From NCBI GenBank assembly GCA_949031345.1, contig CARNVA010000010.1, forward strand, positions 258 to 64,257: a stretch of DNA of 64,000 nt, in the 5' to 3' direction. Under the pieces are notes generated by a model. It searched no databases, was not told the origin of the DNA, and saw nothing but the letters and a program-made list of their open reading frames with translations. Numbering within the stretch: position 1 is the stretch's first letter; each line of letters starts with the position of its first letter. The position numbers and the translations under genes were made by a program. The stretch comes from an uncultured Eubacteriales bacterium (GTDB taxonomy: Bacteria; Bacillota; Clostridia; Christensenellales; UBA1242). This document shows positions 46,225-55,400 of the stretch, one piece after another.

Positions 46225-47016
46225 ATGTATAGCAAAACAGATAGACAAAATGTAGTTGATAAATTGGTGGCAATCTTTTCAAATTTTAATGAAGTCAATG
46301 GCATATATCTTGTTGGCTCTAATGCCAGAGGAGATGCCGACATATACAGCGACGTTGACATTTCAATAATCATTGAAGATGACAGTGTTGAAAAATTATG
46401 GAAAGCTGCAGAAAGGGTTCTCTTAACCACTTTCACCCCTTTCCGCCACTTTAATCAATATTACAATGAACAAAGCTTTTTAATAGGTTTATGCCTTGAC
46501 AATGGTCTTGAAGTAGATATTGGATTTTGCAGCAAAGCTCAGTTTATAAAACAAAAGACTTCAAGAAAAGGTATGGATACACTGCCACTTTTCAGTAAAG
46601 ATAATTTTATTTTGCCAGAAGTTCAATTAAGTATAAGTAAAAATGTATCTGAGCTTATTGAAAATCGAAACAACGATTTATGGTATGACTTTACAAACTC
46701 CTTCATTGCCCTTAAACGCAACCAGCTTTTTAGAGCAGCAAATGGAATTGAATCTATTCGCAGTCAACTGCTTGAAATATATGCAAAAGCAAAAGGGCTT
46801 GAGCATAAGCATTACAGACATATAGATATGTTTGAAAAAGAATTGAAGGAAGAATTCTTAGCCACCTACAGCAACGCCAGTCTTTCTTCTTTTAAAGAAA
46901 GTCTTGAGAGGCTGCTTGAAATCTTTTTAAAGTTGTTGAAAGAATTTGGCCGTGGTGATGAGGCAAAGGAATATCAAGAGCATTTTGAAAGGTTTGTAAA
47001 AGAAATCAAACTTTAA
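46225..47016 (+). CDS. Pol-beta-superfamily nucleotidyltransferase with a helical C-terminal domain
   Basis: LVGSNARGDADIYSDVDISIII is the GS...D.D nucleotidyltransferase motif. Substrate is unknown. Confidence 0.7.
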   Translation: MYSKTDRQNVVDKLVAIFSNFNEVNGIYLVGSNARGDADIYSDVDISIIIEDDSVEKLWKAAERVLLTTFTPFRHFNQYYNEQSFLIGLCLDNGLEVDIGFCSKAQFIKQKTSRKGMDTLPLFSKDNFILPEVQLSISKNVSELIENRNNDLWYDFTNSFIALKRNQLFRAANGIESIRSQLLEIYAKAKGLEHKHYRHIDMFEKELKEEFLATYSNASLSSFKESLERLLEIFLKLLKEFGRGDEAKEYQEHFERFVKEIKL

Positions 47017-47052
47017 ATAAATTAGAAAAGAAAAACATAAGGAGAAAAAAAA

Positions 47053-47361
47053 ATGATTGATTTAAACGAAATACAAAAACAAATTTATCAAAACAAAGTA
47101 AACAAGGGTTTTAATTTAACTGACATTTGCAAAGAATTTTGCTATATTTATGGCGAAGTAGGCGAAGCTTATGAAGCTTACAACAAAAATTATGACCGCA
47201 AAGAACTTGGAATGGAGCTTGCTGACATTGCGATATATCTTCTTGGGCTTTGCGAAATTCTTGGTTTTTCACTTGAAGATGAAGTGCTTAAGAAAATAAA
47301 GATAAATGAAAGACGCATTTATATTGATGGCAAAAAGATTGAGCCAAAAGATGATGAATAA
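47053..47361 (+). CDS. MazG-like nucleotide pyrophosphohydrolase (small single-domain form)
   Basis: YIYGEVGEAYEAY...ELADIAIYLLGL, the EExxE...D pattern of all-alpha NTP-PPases. Confidence 0.7.
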   Translation: MIDLNEIQKQIYQNKVNKGFNLTDICKEFCYIYGEVGEAYEAYNKNYDRKELGMELADIAIYLLGLCEILGFSLEDEVLKKIKINERRIYIDGKKIEPKDDE

Positions 47362-47390
47362 AAAAAGCGGACACAATTCCGCTTTTTTTA
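47361..47390. terminator. bidirectional terminator
   Basis: A7, GCGGA-CACAAT-TCCGC, T7. Confidence 0.65.
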
Positions 47391-47453
47391 TATTATTTTC
47401 AATTCAAATTCTATATTTTAATTTAAAAGTTTTTTATTTTTTTAAGCTTTTTT

Positions 47454-48209
47454 CTAGCCTTCCATTATCATCTTGTCTGCAATAAGGGCAATAAGCTCGC
47501 CATTGGTTGGCTTGTCATTTGCTCCATAAATTTGAAGGCCAAACAAACTGTTGATATTTTCAATCTTTCCCCTATTCCAAGCGACCTCAATGGCATGACG
47601 CATTCCGCGTTCTACCTTCGACGAGCTTGTTGAAAACTTTTCTGCAATTGTTGGATAAAGACGCTTTGTAATTGACGCAATAATATCTGGGTCAACCACG
47701 GCAAGTTTAACTGCCTCTCTTAAGAATTGATAACCCTTGATATGTGCAGGAATGCCAATGCTGATGAAAATGTTTGCAATTTTCTCATCCAAGACTTTGT
47801 CGCTGTCAGCATTCAAAAGTGGATTTGCAAGGTCTTTAAGTCTCTCTTCAAGATTTTCTGGTGATACAGGTTTTACCATAAAATAACTTGCACCCTCTTT
47901 CATAGCCTTTGAAATAAAGCCAGCATGTGAAAGATTTGAAACAAAGATGATTTTTGGAAGTCTTGCGCCCATTTCACTTTTAAGCATTTCAAGCACTTTA
48001 AATCCATCAGCGCCAGCAAGAAGCACTTCAGTGACAAGGAAATCAGGTTTTAATGAAACCACTTCGCCTGCAATGACCATGCCGTCACTGCCCATTCCTA
48101 CCACTTCAAACTCTTCATTTTTTGCGTCAAAATAATTTTTAAGTTTTTCCAGTTCTTCCTGTTCTGAATCTGCAAGATATACTTTAATTTTTTTTGTTGT
48201 GTTGTCCAT
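47454..48209 (-). CDS. spo0A: Spo0A-family transcription regulator with an atypical receiver domain (Glu at the phospho-acceptor position)
   Basis: The C-terminal domain has IGIPAHIKGYQFLREAV and SKVERGMRHAIEVAWNRG, which are Spo0A-specific blocks. The receiver reads KVYLADSEQ...PDFLVTEVLLAGADG...MVKP. Confidence 0.88.
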   Translation of the reverse strand: MDNTTKKIKVYLADSEQEELEKLKNYFDAKNEEFEVVGMGSDGMVIAGEVVSLKPDFLVTEVLLAGADGFKVLEMLKSEMGARLPKIIFVSNLSHAGFISKAMKEGASYFMVKPVSPENLEERLKDLANPLLNADSDKVLDEKIANIFISIGIPAHIKGYQFLREAVKLAVVDPDIIASITKRLYPTIAEKFSTSSSKVERGMRHAIEVAWNRGKIENINSLFGLQIYGANDKPTNGELIALIADKMIMEG

Positions 48210-48361
48210 TTATTTCTCCTTTACCTGTTGCAATCTCTTCTTGCAACCTCGATATATAAAAGATAGCACATAAATTTTACAAAAAAAAGCATAACTCGCA
48301 CAAAAATATGGCGAGTTATGTCGTAATCTGTCGGATTTTGTCGAAACTATTTTTTACCTGC

Positions 48362-49735
48362 TTATCCCTTTCTTCCGATAAGTTGAGTATTTCCTTGCAT
48401 GTCTGTTCTAAACATATAATAACGGTCGTCTTCTTTTGGCTTATCATCTTCATCCATGTCATCAATTTCTGGATAAACAATCTTTGAATAGAAATAAATA
48501 TATTCGCCATCATAGCCGCATTGACCAGAAACAAGCTCTTTTCCTTCTTCAAGAGAAAGGATTGTTTCAATTTCTTTGTTGATAGTGTTTATTCTTTTTA
48601 TTGTAGAAGAATTTGAAACATAGATTTGGTCATCTTCAACAAACAAAATGTCACTGTATTGTTCACTTGTAAGCAGGAGCGTAGAGCTTGCGTTTAATTC
48701 TTTATACATCAATGCGCCGCCGCTTGTCTTGAAGGCATAGCCGTCACCTGCTTTTTGAATTTCTTTGATAGTTGTGGCATTATAAAACTTTTGTGTTGGG
48801 CTGAAATTGCTTTCGCCATTTGCGATGCTCTTATAGTAGATTTCTTGAACACCTTCGTAGGTGTAAGAATAGAACACAACATCTCCCACTCTGCCAACAA
48901 AGTTCAAAGTAGAGCCTGTAACGCCGTTATCGAGGTCGGTTGTCTCGCCGCTTGCAAAGTCAACCGCCTTAACTGAAGTTGTGGCAATTGTTTGAGTAGG
49001 CTCTGATGCAACAGTGTAAACCACATTTTTCACGCTTGACGCTTCATCTGCAATGGCATAAGAAGTTGCTTTTTCAGCAATGGTCTTAATTTTCCCAATG
49101 CTGTTTCCAATTTTAAGTGATTTGATTGAGAAAGTATTGTTTTCTGTTGGCTCTGCAATAATATAATAATAATTATTATCGCTGCCCTTTTGAACGGTTA
49201 TTGTGCTGCCTTCTCCAGTTTTGAAAGCGCTGTTTTTAACAATTTCACTGAAGTCGTCACCATTGAATTTTACTCTGAAAAGAGAAACTCTTGTATAGTC
49301 ATTTTCAAGTTGGTTTGTCTGGTGAGTATTGGCAGAAGTGAAGTAGATATATTCGCCAAGAGCAAACATATCTTGGTTTTGATAACCTACAAGTTTTCCA
49401 TCATTGACTTTTTCAACTTGATTTGGGCTTGAAACAGGCTTAAGTTGGTCTGTCACCTTATCTCCAAATGTGAGATTTTGTGATTTATTAAGGCGTGAAA
49501 GATAGCCTGTCTTTGCTGCTTCACCATACTTAAAATTCTCTTCGCTTGAAGCCGTATAGCCATTTCCGAAATATACATAATCGCCAACAACAACCACTTG
49601 TCCTTGATTGTATTGAATATTTTCGAAATAGGCATCTTTTCCATTTATTTTTACATTTGACACTGTCGCACAACCAGTCAAGAAGATTGCTGCACAGAAT
49701 ATTAGTGCAAATACTTTCAATATTTTCTTTTTCAT
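48362..49735 (-). CDS. lipoprotein with repeated beta-propeller-like blades (DUF5050-like, tentative)
   Basis: Lipobox IFLTGC. Recurring motifs GDYVYFGN, GEYIYFTS, GDVVFYSY, DDQIYVSN and GEYIYFYS occur at roughly regular spacing. Confidence 0.7.
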   Translation of the reverse strand: MKKKILKVFALIFCAAIFLTGCATVSNVKINGKDAYFENIQYNQGQVVVVGDYVYFGNGYTASSEENFKYGEAAKTGYLSRLNKSQNLTFGDKVTDQLKPVSSPNQVEKVNDGKLVGYQNQDMFALGEYIYFTSANTHQTNQLENDYTRVSLFRVKFNGDDFSEIVKNSAFKTGEGSTITVQKGSDNNYYYIIAEPTENNTFSIKSLKIGNSIGKIKTIAEKATSYAIADEASSVKNVVYTVASEPTQTIATTSVKAVDFASGETTDLDNGVTGSTLNFVGRVGDVVFYSYTYEGVQEIYYKSIANGESNFSPTQKFYNATTIKEIQKAGDGYAFKTSGGALMYKELNASSTLLLTSEQYSDILFVEDDQIYVSNSSTIKRINTINKEIETILSLEEGKELVSGQCGYDGEYIYFYSKIVYPEIDDMDEDDKPKEDDRYYMFRTDMQGNTQLIGRKG

Positions 49736-49830
49736 TGTTTGTCCTTTTAATTTTACTAAAAAATTTTACTATACTTTGGCATTTTTGTCAAATAAAATGA
49801 GCTAAAAGATTGTTGCCATTTTTCAGTCTT

Positions 49831-50538
49831 TTACTCATTTTTAAAAGATATTTCAGTTAAATTGTTTTCTACAATGTCGCAAGAGGTCAAATAATAGGGA
49901 ATATCATTCTTGACATAGTGCGTTTCAAGCCCCTTTTGACCATGCAAATGTCCATAAATCACACAGTCAACTTTATGGCTTTCGATAAGCTGGCTAAATT
50001 GGCTGTCATTGTGAAAAATATCCACTGGTGGATAATGTATCATGCAAACAAGTTTATCCCCCTCTTGACGCAATTTTGACGCGCTCTCAAGCGTCATTTC
50101 AAGTCTTAGCACTTCACGGTCATAAATCTTTCTATCGTCATCAGAGAGTGAAGAATATCTTTCCACCCCCTTCCAACCTCTTGTGCCGCAAACCACAACA
50201 CCATCAAAGCGAATTGCGTCATTTTGAATGGCGTAAAAGCCCTGTGGAAGAATTGCCCTAAGTGATGAAATAGATTTCCACCAATAGTCATGATTGCCTT
50301 TAATAATCACCTTTTTGCCCGGCAAATCTTGCAATAATTTTAGGTCTGGGACAACCTCGTCAAGCTTCATTGCCCACGACAAATCACCTGCCATAAGCAC
50401 AAGGTCATCTTCACCAACTTGACTTTTCCATTGCGAAAAAATCTTGTCAAGATAGCCCTCCCAAACAGGCCCGAATATATCCATCGGCTTGTCATTATTG
50501 ACTGATAGATGCAGATCACTTATTGCATAAATTTTCAT
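49831..50538 (-). CDS. calcineurin-like metallophosphoesterase
   Basis: MKIYAISDLHL, AGDLSW, GNHDYWW and GHLHG. The start was set at the ATG at 50536-50538, which forms an ATGA overlap with the yqeY stop. Confidence 0.85.
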   Translation of the reverse strand: MKIYAISDLHLSVNNDKPMDIFGPVWEGYLDKIFSQWKSQVGEDDLVLMAGDLSWAMKLDEVVPDLKLLQDLPGKKVIIKGNHDYWWKSISSLRAILPQGFYAIQNDAIRFDGVVVCGTRGWKGVERYSSLSDDDRKIYDREVLRLEMTLESASKLRQEGDKLVCMIHYPPVDIFHNDSQFSQLIESHKVDCVIYGHLHGQKGLETHYVKNDIPYYLTSCDIVENNLTEISFKNE

Positions 50539-50960
50539 TGCAATCCTTTTAAAATCTCTTGCACCTTTCTCATATCGCAAAGACCAGCATAGTTTGCTTT
50601 AAAGTGTTTCATAACGCTTGGAACGCTTTTGTCATCAAGTGCAAGAATGGCATTTTTGATTTCTTCATCACTCATCATCTTTGGAAGGTATTTTTCTGCA
50701 ATTGTCATTTGAGTGGTGATATTTTTCACTTCTTCTTCATTGCCAACCTTTTCATAACCCTCTTTTTCGTCAGAAAGCTCTTTTATAGTCTTTTGTAAAA
50801 TAGAAAAAACATCTCCATCAACAAGCGCTTCACCCTTTTCACGCTTTCTTATTTCTTCAAGTTTGATTTTGTTGAGAAGCACAGAATAGAAACTTCTTGC
50901 AACAGTGTCCTTATCTTTCATAGCCTGAACATTTGCTTTTTTTATTTCATCATAAATCAT
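50535..50960 (-). CDS. yqeY: GatB/YqeY-domain protein
   Basis: IKKANVQAMKDKDTVARSFYSVLLNKIKLEEI...KYLPKMMSDEEI...MKHFKANYAG. Confidence 0.85.
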   Translation of the reverse strand: MIYDEIKKANVQAMKDKDTVARSFYSVLLNKIKLEEIRKREKGEALVDGDVFSILQKTIKELSDEKEGYEKVGNEEEVKNITTQMTIAEKYLPKMMSDEEIKNAILALDDKSVPSVMKHFKANYAGLCDMRKVQEILKGLQ

Positions 50961-51084
50961 ATTTCACCTCATTTTTATATTTGTCTGCTCTTTTTGCGCA
51001 AACAACTTTTCTAAAACATTATAATTCAATTGCCAACAAATGTCAAAATATTTGAAGCCCTTGATAAAAAATTAAAAAATATGC

Positions 51085-51113
51085 TTGACATCTTTTGGCA
51101 AAATATGTATAAT
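51085..51113 (+). promoter_or_regulatory. consensus sigma-70 promoter of tRNA-Met
   Basis: TTGACA (51085-51090), a 17-nt spacer, then TATAAT (51108-51113). The tRNA starts 15 nt downstream. Confidence 0.75.
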
Positions 51114-51127
51114 TTAAAAGGTAATAT

Positions 51128-51204
51128 GGCAGCATAGCTCAGCTGGCTAGAGCGCACGATTCATACTCGTGAGGTCACAGGTTCGATCCCCGTTGCTGCT
51201 ACCA
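51128..51204 (+). tRNA. tRNA with CAU anticodon (elongator Met type; Ile2/lysidine not excluded), CCA encoded
   Basis: Acceptor GGCAGCA/TGCTGCT, anticodon stem CACGA/TCGTG with loop TTCATAC, T-arm CACAGGTTCGATCCCCGTTG. It lacks the initiator features (no C1-A72 mismatch, no GGG/CCC anticodon stem). Confidence 0.88.
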
Positions 51205-51210
51205 AAGAAA

Positions 51211-51236
51211 GCCCTCATAATTTTGAGGACTTTTTT
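51211..51236 (+). terminator. terminator after tRNA-Met
   Basis: CCUCA-UAAUUU-UGAGG followed by U6. Confidence 0.55.
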
Positions 51237-51389
51237 GTTTAAATTTTTTAAGAATATTTATCAAATTCAAATCAAAACCTTTATTATATAAAGTCATAAT
51301 ATAAATAATATAAAATAATAGATATATATATTTATTATTTTTTTTAACAAGGTTTATTTTATACTTCATTTAAGCAGCATCAAAAAAAT

Positions 51390-52340
51390 TTAATTGCGTT
51401 TTTTATTAGATTTCTTTTTTTGTTTAATTGTATTTTTGTTGTTTCTCAAGTTTTGGTCAATATTTTTCTCTTTATTCTTTTTTTTCAAGACAACTGACAA
51501 GATTGCTATTGCACAAACTGAAAGTGGTAGGAAGGTGGCAAGGAATATCCACCAGCCTCGATATATAAAAGTCAACGAAAGCGAAAGTGTGTTTAGGTCG
51601 CAAAGGTTGTCATCTTCCACCACCCATAAATGATTATAATTTCTGTCAATGCCTCTAAAAACAAAGTTTGCATTCGATTTTAATCTTGAAAGAGGCGTGG
51701 AATAATTATAAACATAGCATGGCCTATAATCTTCTTTTAAGCTTGCCTCAAAAGACAAACCTTTCGCTGCTGCAAGGTAGCGATTTTTATACACCTTGCC
51801 AATCATAATCTCTTCTTCTTGAATTTTTGTCTTGCTTGAGAAAGGAAACAAGCCATTGCTGACTGACCTTTTATAGAAAATATTACCATTTTGACTTGGT
51901 TTCTTATCATCTGCTGGATCTTTTTTGTGATAATAATTCCATGCACCCGCACTTGTAAAATATATATCAAAGCCAATGGTGTCATTGTTTTCATTATAAG
52001 TCACTTCACTTAAAATCACGCCTTGATTTATTTTGTATTCATCACAGGGGTTTGAAATAAAAGTGAGTGCAAAGCCAAATAAAAATTCATTTCTTATCTC
52101 ACTTACCTGCTTAATCAAATTTCGTCTAAAATCCAATTCTTCTTTCAACGATAGCGCCATGCCGTTTATTTTTTTATTATTTAAAGAAAACCTCATTGAC
52201 TGAGCAATTTTTCCATCAGAGCGTTCTTCAAGGGCAAGCATAATATAATCATCACCTATTGTAATTTCACCAGTCTGACCGCACCCAGCAAAAAAAGATA
52301 ATGAGAAAATCAATATAAAAACCAAAAATATCTTTTTCAT
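51390..52340 (-). CDS. hypothetical lipoprotein with an additional C-terminal TM and a poly-Lys tail, downstream of the giant gene
   Basis: Lipobox SFFAGC, C-terminal WWIFLATFLPLSVCAIAILSVVL, then KKKNKEKN... It lies 65 nt after the giant ORF's stop. Confidence 0.65.
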   Translation of the reverse strand: MKKIFLVFILIFSLSFFAGCGQTGEITIGDDYIMLALEERSDGKIAQSMRFSLNNKKINGMALSLKEELDFRRNLIKQVSEIRNEFLFGFALTFISNPCDEYKINQGVILSEVTYNENNDTIGFDIYFTSAGAWNYYHKKDPADDKKPSQNGNIFYKRSVSNGLFPFSSKTKIQEEEIMIGKVYKNRYLAAAKGLSFEASLKEDYRPCYVYNYSTPLSRLKSNANFVFRGIDRNYNHLWVVEDDNLCDLNTLSLSLTFIYRGWWIFLATFLPLSVCAIAILSVVLKKKNKEKNIDQNLRNNKNTIKQKKKSNKKRN

Positions 52341-52405
52341 ATAATAATCTATGTTGAAGTGATTTTTTTATGATTTTATAAAGATCAACTCATCATCTTT
52401 TTTTT

Positions 52406-55400
52406 CTATTGAATATAAGCTGTAAAGCCGCTTTCAGTTTGACGCACCTTAAGCACTTTTCCATCTTTGCAAGTAATATCATCAACTTGAATTTCACTTG
52501 AGTCAACGCCAGAGCCCGAATTATTTGAAGCATATATTTTGCCCTTTATAATTGGGTTTGATTGACTGCTGCTGATGATTGGCTGACCAGAAACTGTTTC
52601 AACCAAAGTATTCAAAATTCCGCTTACCACTTGATAAGCAACTCCACTCTTATAGAAGTTTGCTTTTGAAGAAGTGGTTTGCATTCTTCCATTATTGTAA
52701 AGATATTCAAGTGTTCCGTTTATGCTTGTGATAGTTATGCCAGCGTAATAACCTGTTGGAACAATCTCACTGGTTGTCGTTGAAAGTTTAAAGTTTGCAT
52801 CATTTCCACAAAGTGAAATAGTTGCAACATTTGCAAGTGAAATTCCTGCCATATAAACCGTGGTATTGTTGACTGAAACTCGAATTTCTTTGTCTCCTCT
52901 GTTTCGACAGTTTGAAATCTCGCCCTTGCTTTCCCTTTCGCCAGTATCAATGCCATTGAATAACGCAATTCCACCATAGCCAAATTCCAGCTTAAGCTGT
53001 TGTTGCATGTTGTAATTAAATTCGCTGAAGTTTGTGCAGTATTGCACCTTTCCATAGTTTACGCCTGTCACTCCACCAACAAAAACAATATTGGCACTGC
53101 CCTTTCCTTTAAGGTTTATATTGAAAGGCACTTTGTCATTGCCAACTGACTGATTGACATTCACATTTCGAATTGTACCATAGTTTAAAGCACAAATTGG
53201 GGCGTAGATTATGCTTGAGTTATCAAGCTCTTCATTATTCACTTGATAGTTTATTCCCAAGTTTTCAACAACCGCATCATAAGAAATTGCTCGGAACAGT
53301 GCTGAATAACTTGTGAAGGTCTTATTTGTCATAACAGTAAAGTTGATTGGACTTTCAAGTTCAACAGTCTTAGAAAGGTTTAAATTTATTTTGAAACCAT
53401 CTCCGTCAAGATGAGCATAAAACTCATCAATCCAAGCCTTATCTTTGCCATTTTCGGTTGTCACAAATTCATTTAAATCAACTGTGATATTGCTGCCCAG
53501 TCTGAAATATGCACCTTCGTTATTTCTAAGTGCAATGTTTTTGAAATCTGCATCACTATTTATGATATATGGCGAGTCTGCACTTCCATTTCCACTTGCA
53601 AACAAATAATAAGTAAACGCTTTTGCTTCATATACCATTTCTTCACTGAAAATGAAGAGTGAATTGTTTTCATCATCTATCAATCTTGCCTTAATAGTGA
53701 AGGCATTTTCTAGGATTGTTCCATTACTGTTTTTAGGACAATAATAATTGTCGCTTACAAAGGCAGTTTCTTCCTTGCCGCTTACCGAAACTTTGACATA
53801 ATAGCCATAGATGTTTGAATTATCTTCTGGCCAAGCCCACTCAAAACGCTTGAGTCTGTCATTCCAGCTAATTTCCAAGCCGTCATTTGAGGTATTGGTT
53901 GTATTTAGCACCTCTCTGTCACTGCTCAGCAGCTTTTTAAGGTTAAGCTGAGTGCTGCTTTGTGCATCTTGAGCTTGGAAACTTACGCTTATTGCGTCAT
54001 CAGGAATTTCCAATATCATCGAGTAAGCATTGTTTGTAAATACAAATTCTCTGTCGCCATCTGCAGTAGTCACTGTTGCAACGAGTTTATATAAATCTTT
54101 TCTGTCTTGAATTGAGATGTTTTGGAAATATTTTGAGAAATCAATGCCTGTATTGCCATTTATGAGCACCACATCATAATATTTATCTTGAATTTTTGCA
54201 AGCTTATAAATATCGCTTATTACCAGCGGAGCTGAAATAATGGCATTGTTTCCTTGGCTGTCTTCGCCATAGACATAAACTTTTACTGTAAATGTACCAT
54301 TTGCATCATTCAACTGCCCGTCATCTAAGGCAAAGCTTGCAAATATCAAATCAGACTCATTTGAAGCTGTTGTCGTATAGAATGTATAATTCCCCTTAAG
54401 CTCCAATTGCTTATCATTGCCACCAGAACGATATTCGGCCACGATAGAAAGTCTTTGCGCGATTTTCTCATGATTTTCACCGTCAAGGACGCTGTCACCA
54501 GAAGGGATAAAGGATGGTCTGTCAATTACAAAGGTTATCGCACCATTTTTTACACCTACATTGTTTTGAGCAAGCGTTGGAGTTTTTGCCCTTGAAACAT
54601 AGTTGTTTGTGCTTGCAACCATGCTCTTAAGTGCAAATGCGCCGTCACTGGCAAATTTAACGCCATTATCAATATGGAAAATATCACCTTCAATGGTCTT
54701 TATAGTTAACGCTGATGCGCTTTCCGCCCTCTTTCCTGCAATGATATTCACATAAAATTTGTAATATGAATATGCTGCGTCAATGATTTGACCTTTTACC
54801 GCTTGAATTGTTTCTTCTGCATTTCTCACGCTGTAAATTGTCTCTTCACGACTTAATAAATAGTTGTTTTGATTGAAATTATCTTTGATGTAATATTCGA
54901 TTTTAATTTCATAGAGAAGCTCACCTTCTTCCAGCCCTTCCAATTCTTCCAAGCTTTCTATTTGAAGGTTTCCCTTTTCAATTTGAATGCTGTCTACCCT
55001 GTCAAGCATTCTTGCATTTACTTGAGTGAATGCCGAAGAAAGCACCGGTCTTTGTTTTTTAGTCGCCTTTGCATTATCAGGGTCAGGCACTTCCATATCT
55101 ATGTTTGATGGAACAAACTCAAGTTTATATTCAGCATTGAGTATTTCGCCTTCCTCAGTCTGCCCAATTTTAAACTCACCGCTGTTTCCACTTAAATATG
55201 CCTTATATTGACTTGCCGTCAATTCAGAGTTGTAAAGCACATCTCCGTTCGCCTTTAAAAGACCTGCAATATAAAGTGGCACAGATTGGTTTCCAACAAA
55301 TTCGCTTTGATAATAGAAGCCCTTGTCGTCACCATTATATTCATCACTAAGGCTGACATCATTACCCATGAAATATTTCAATGCACCGCTTGCCTCTGAA

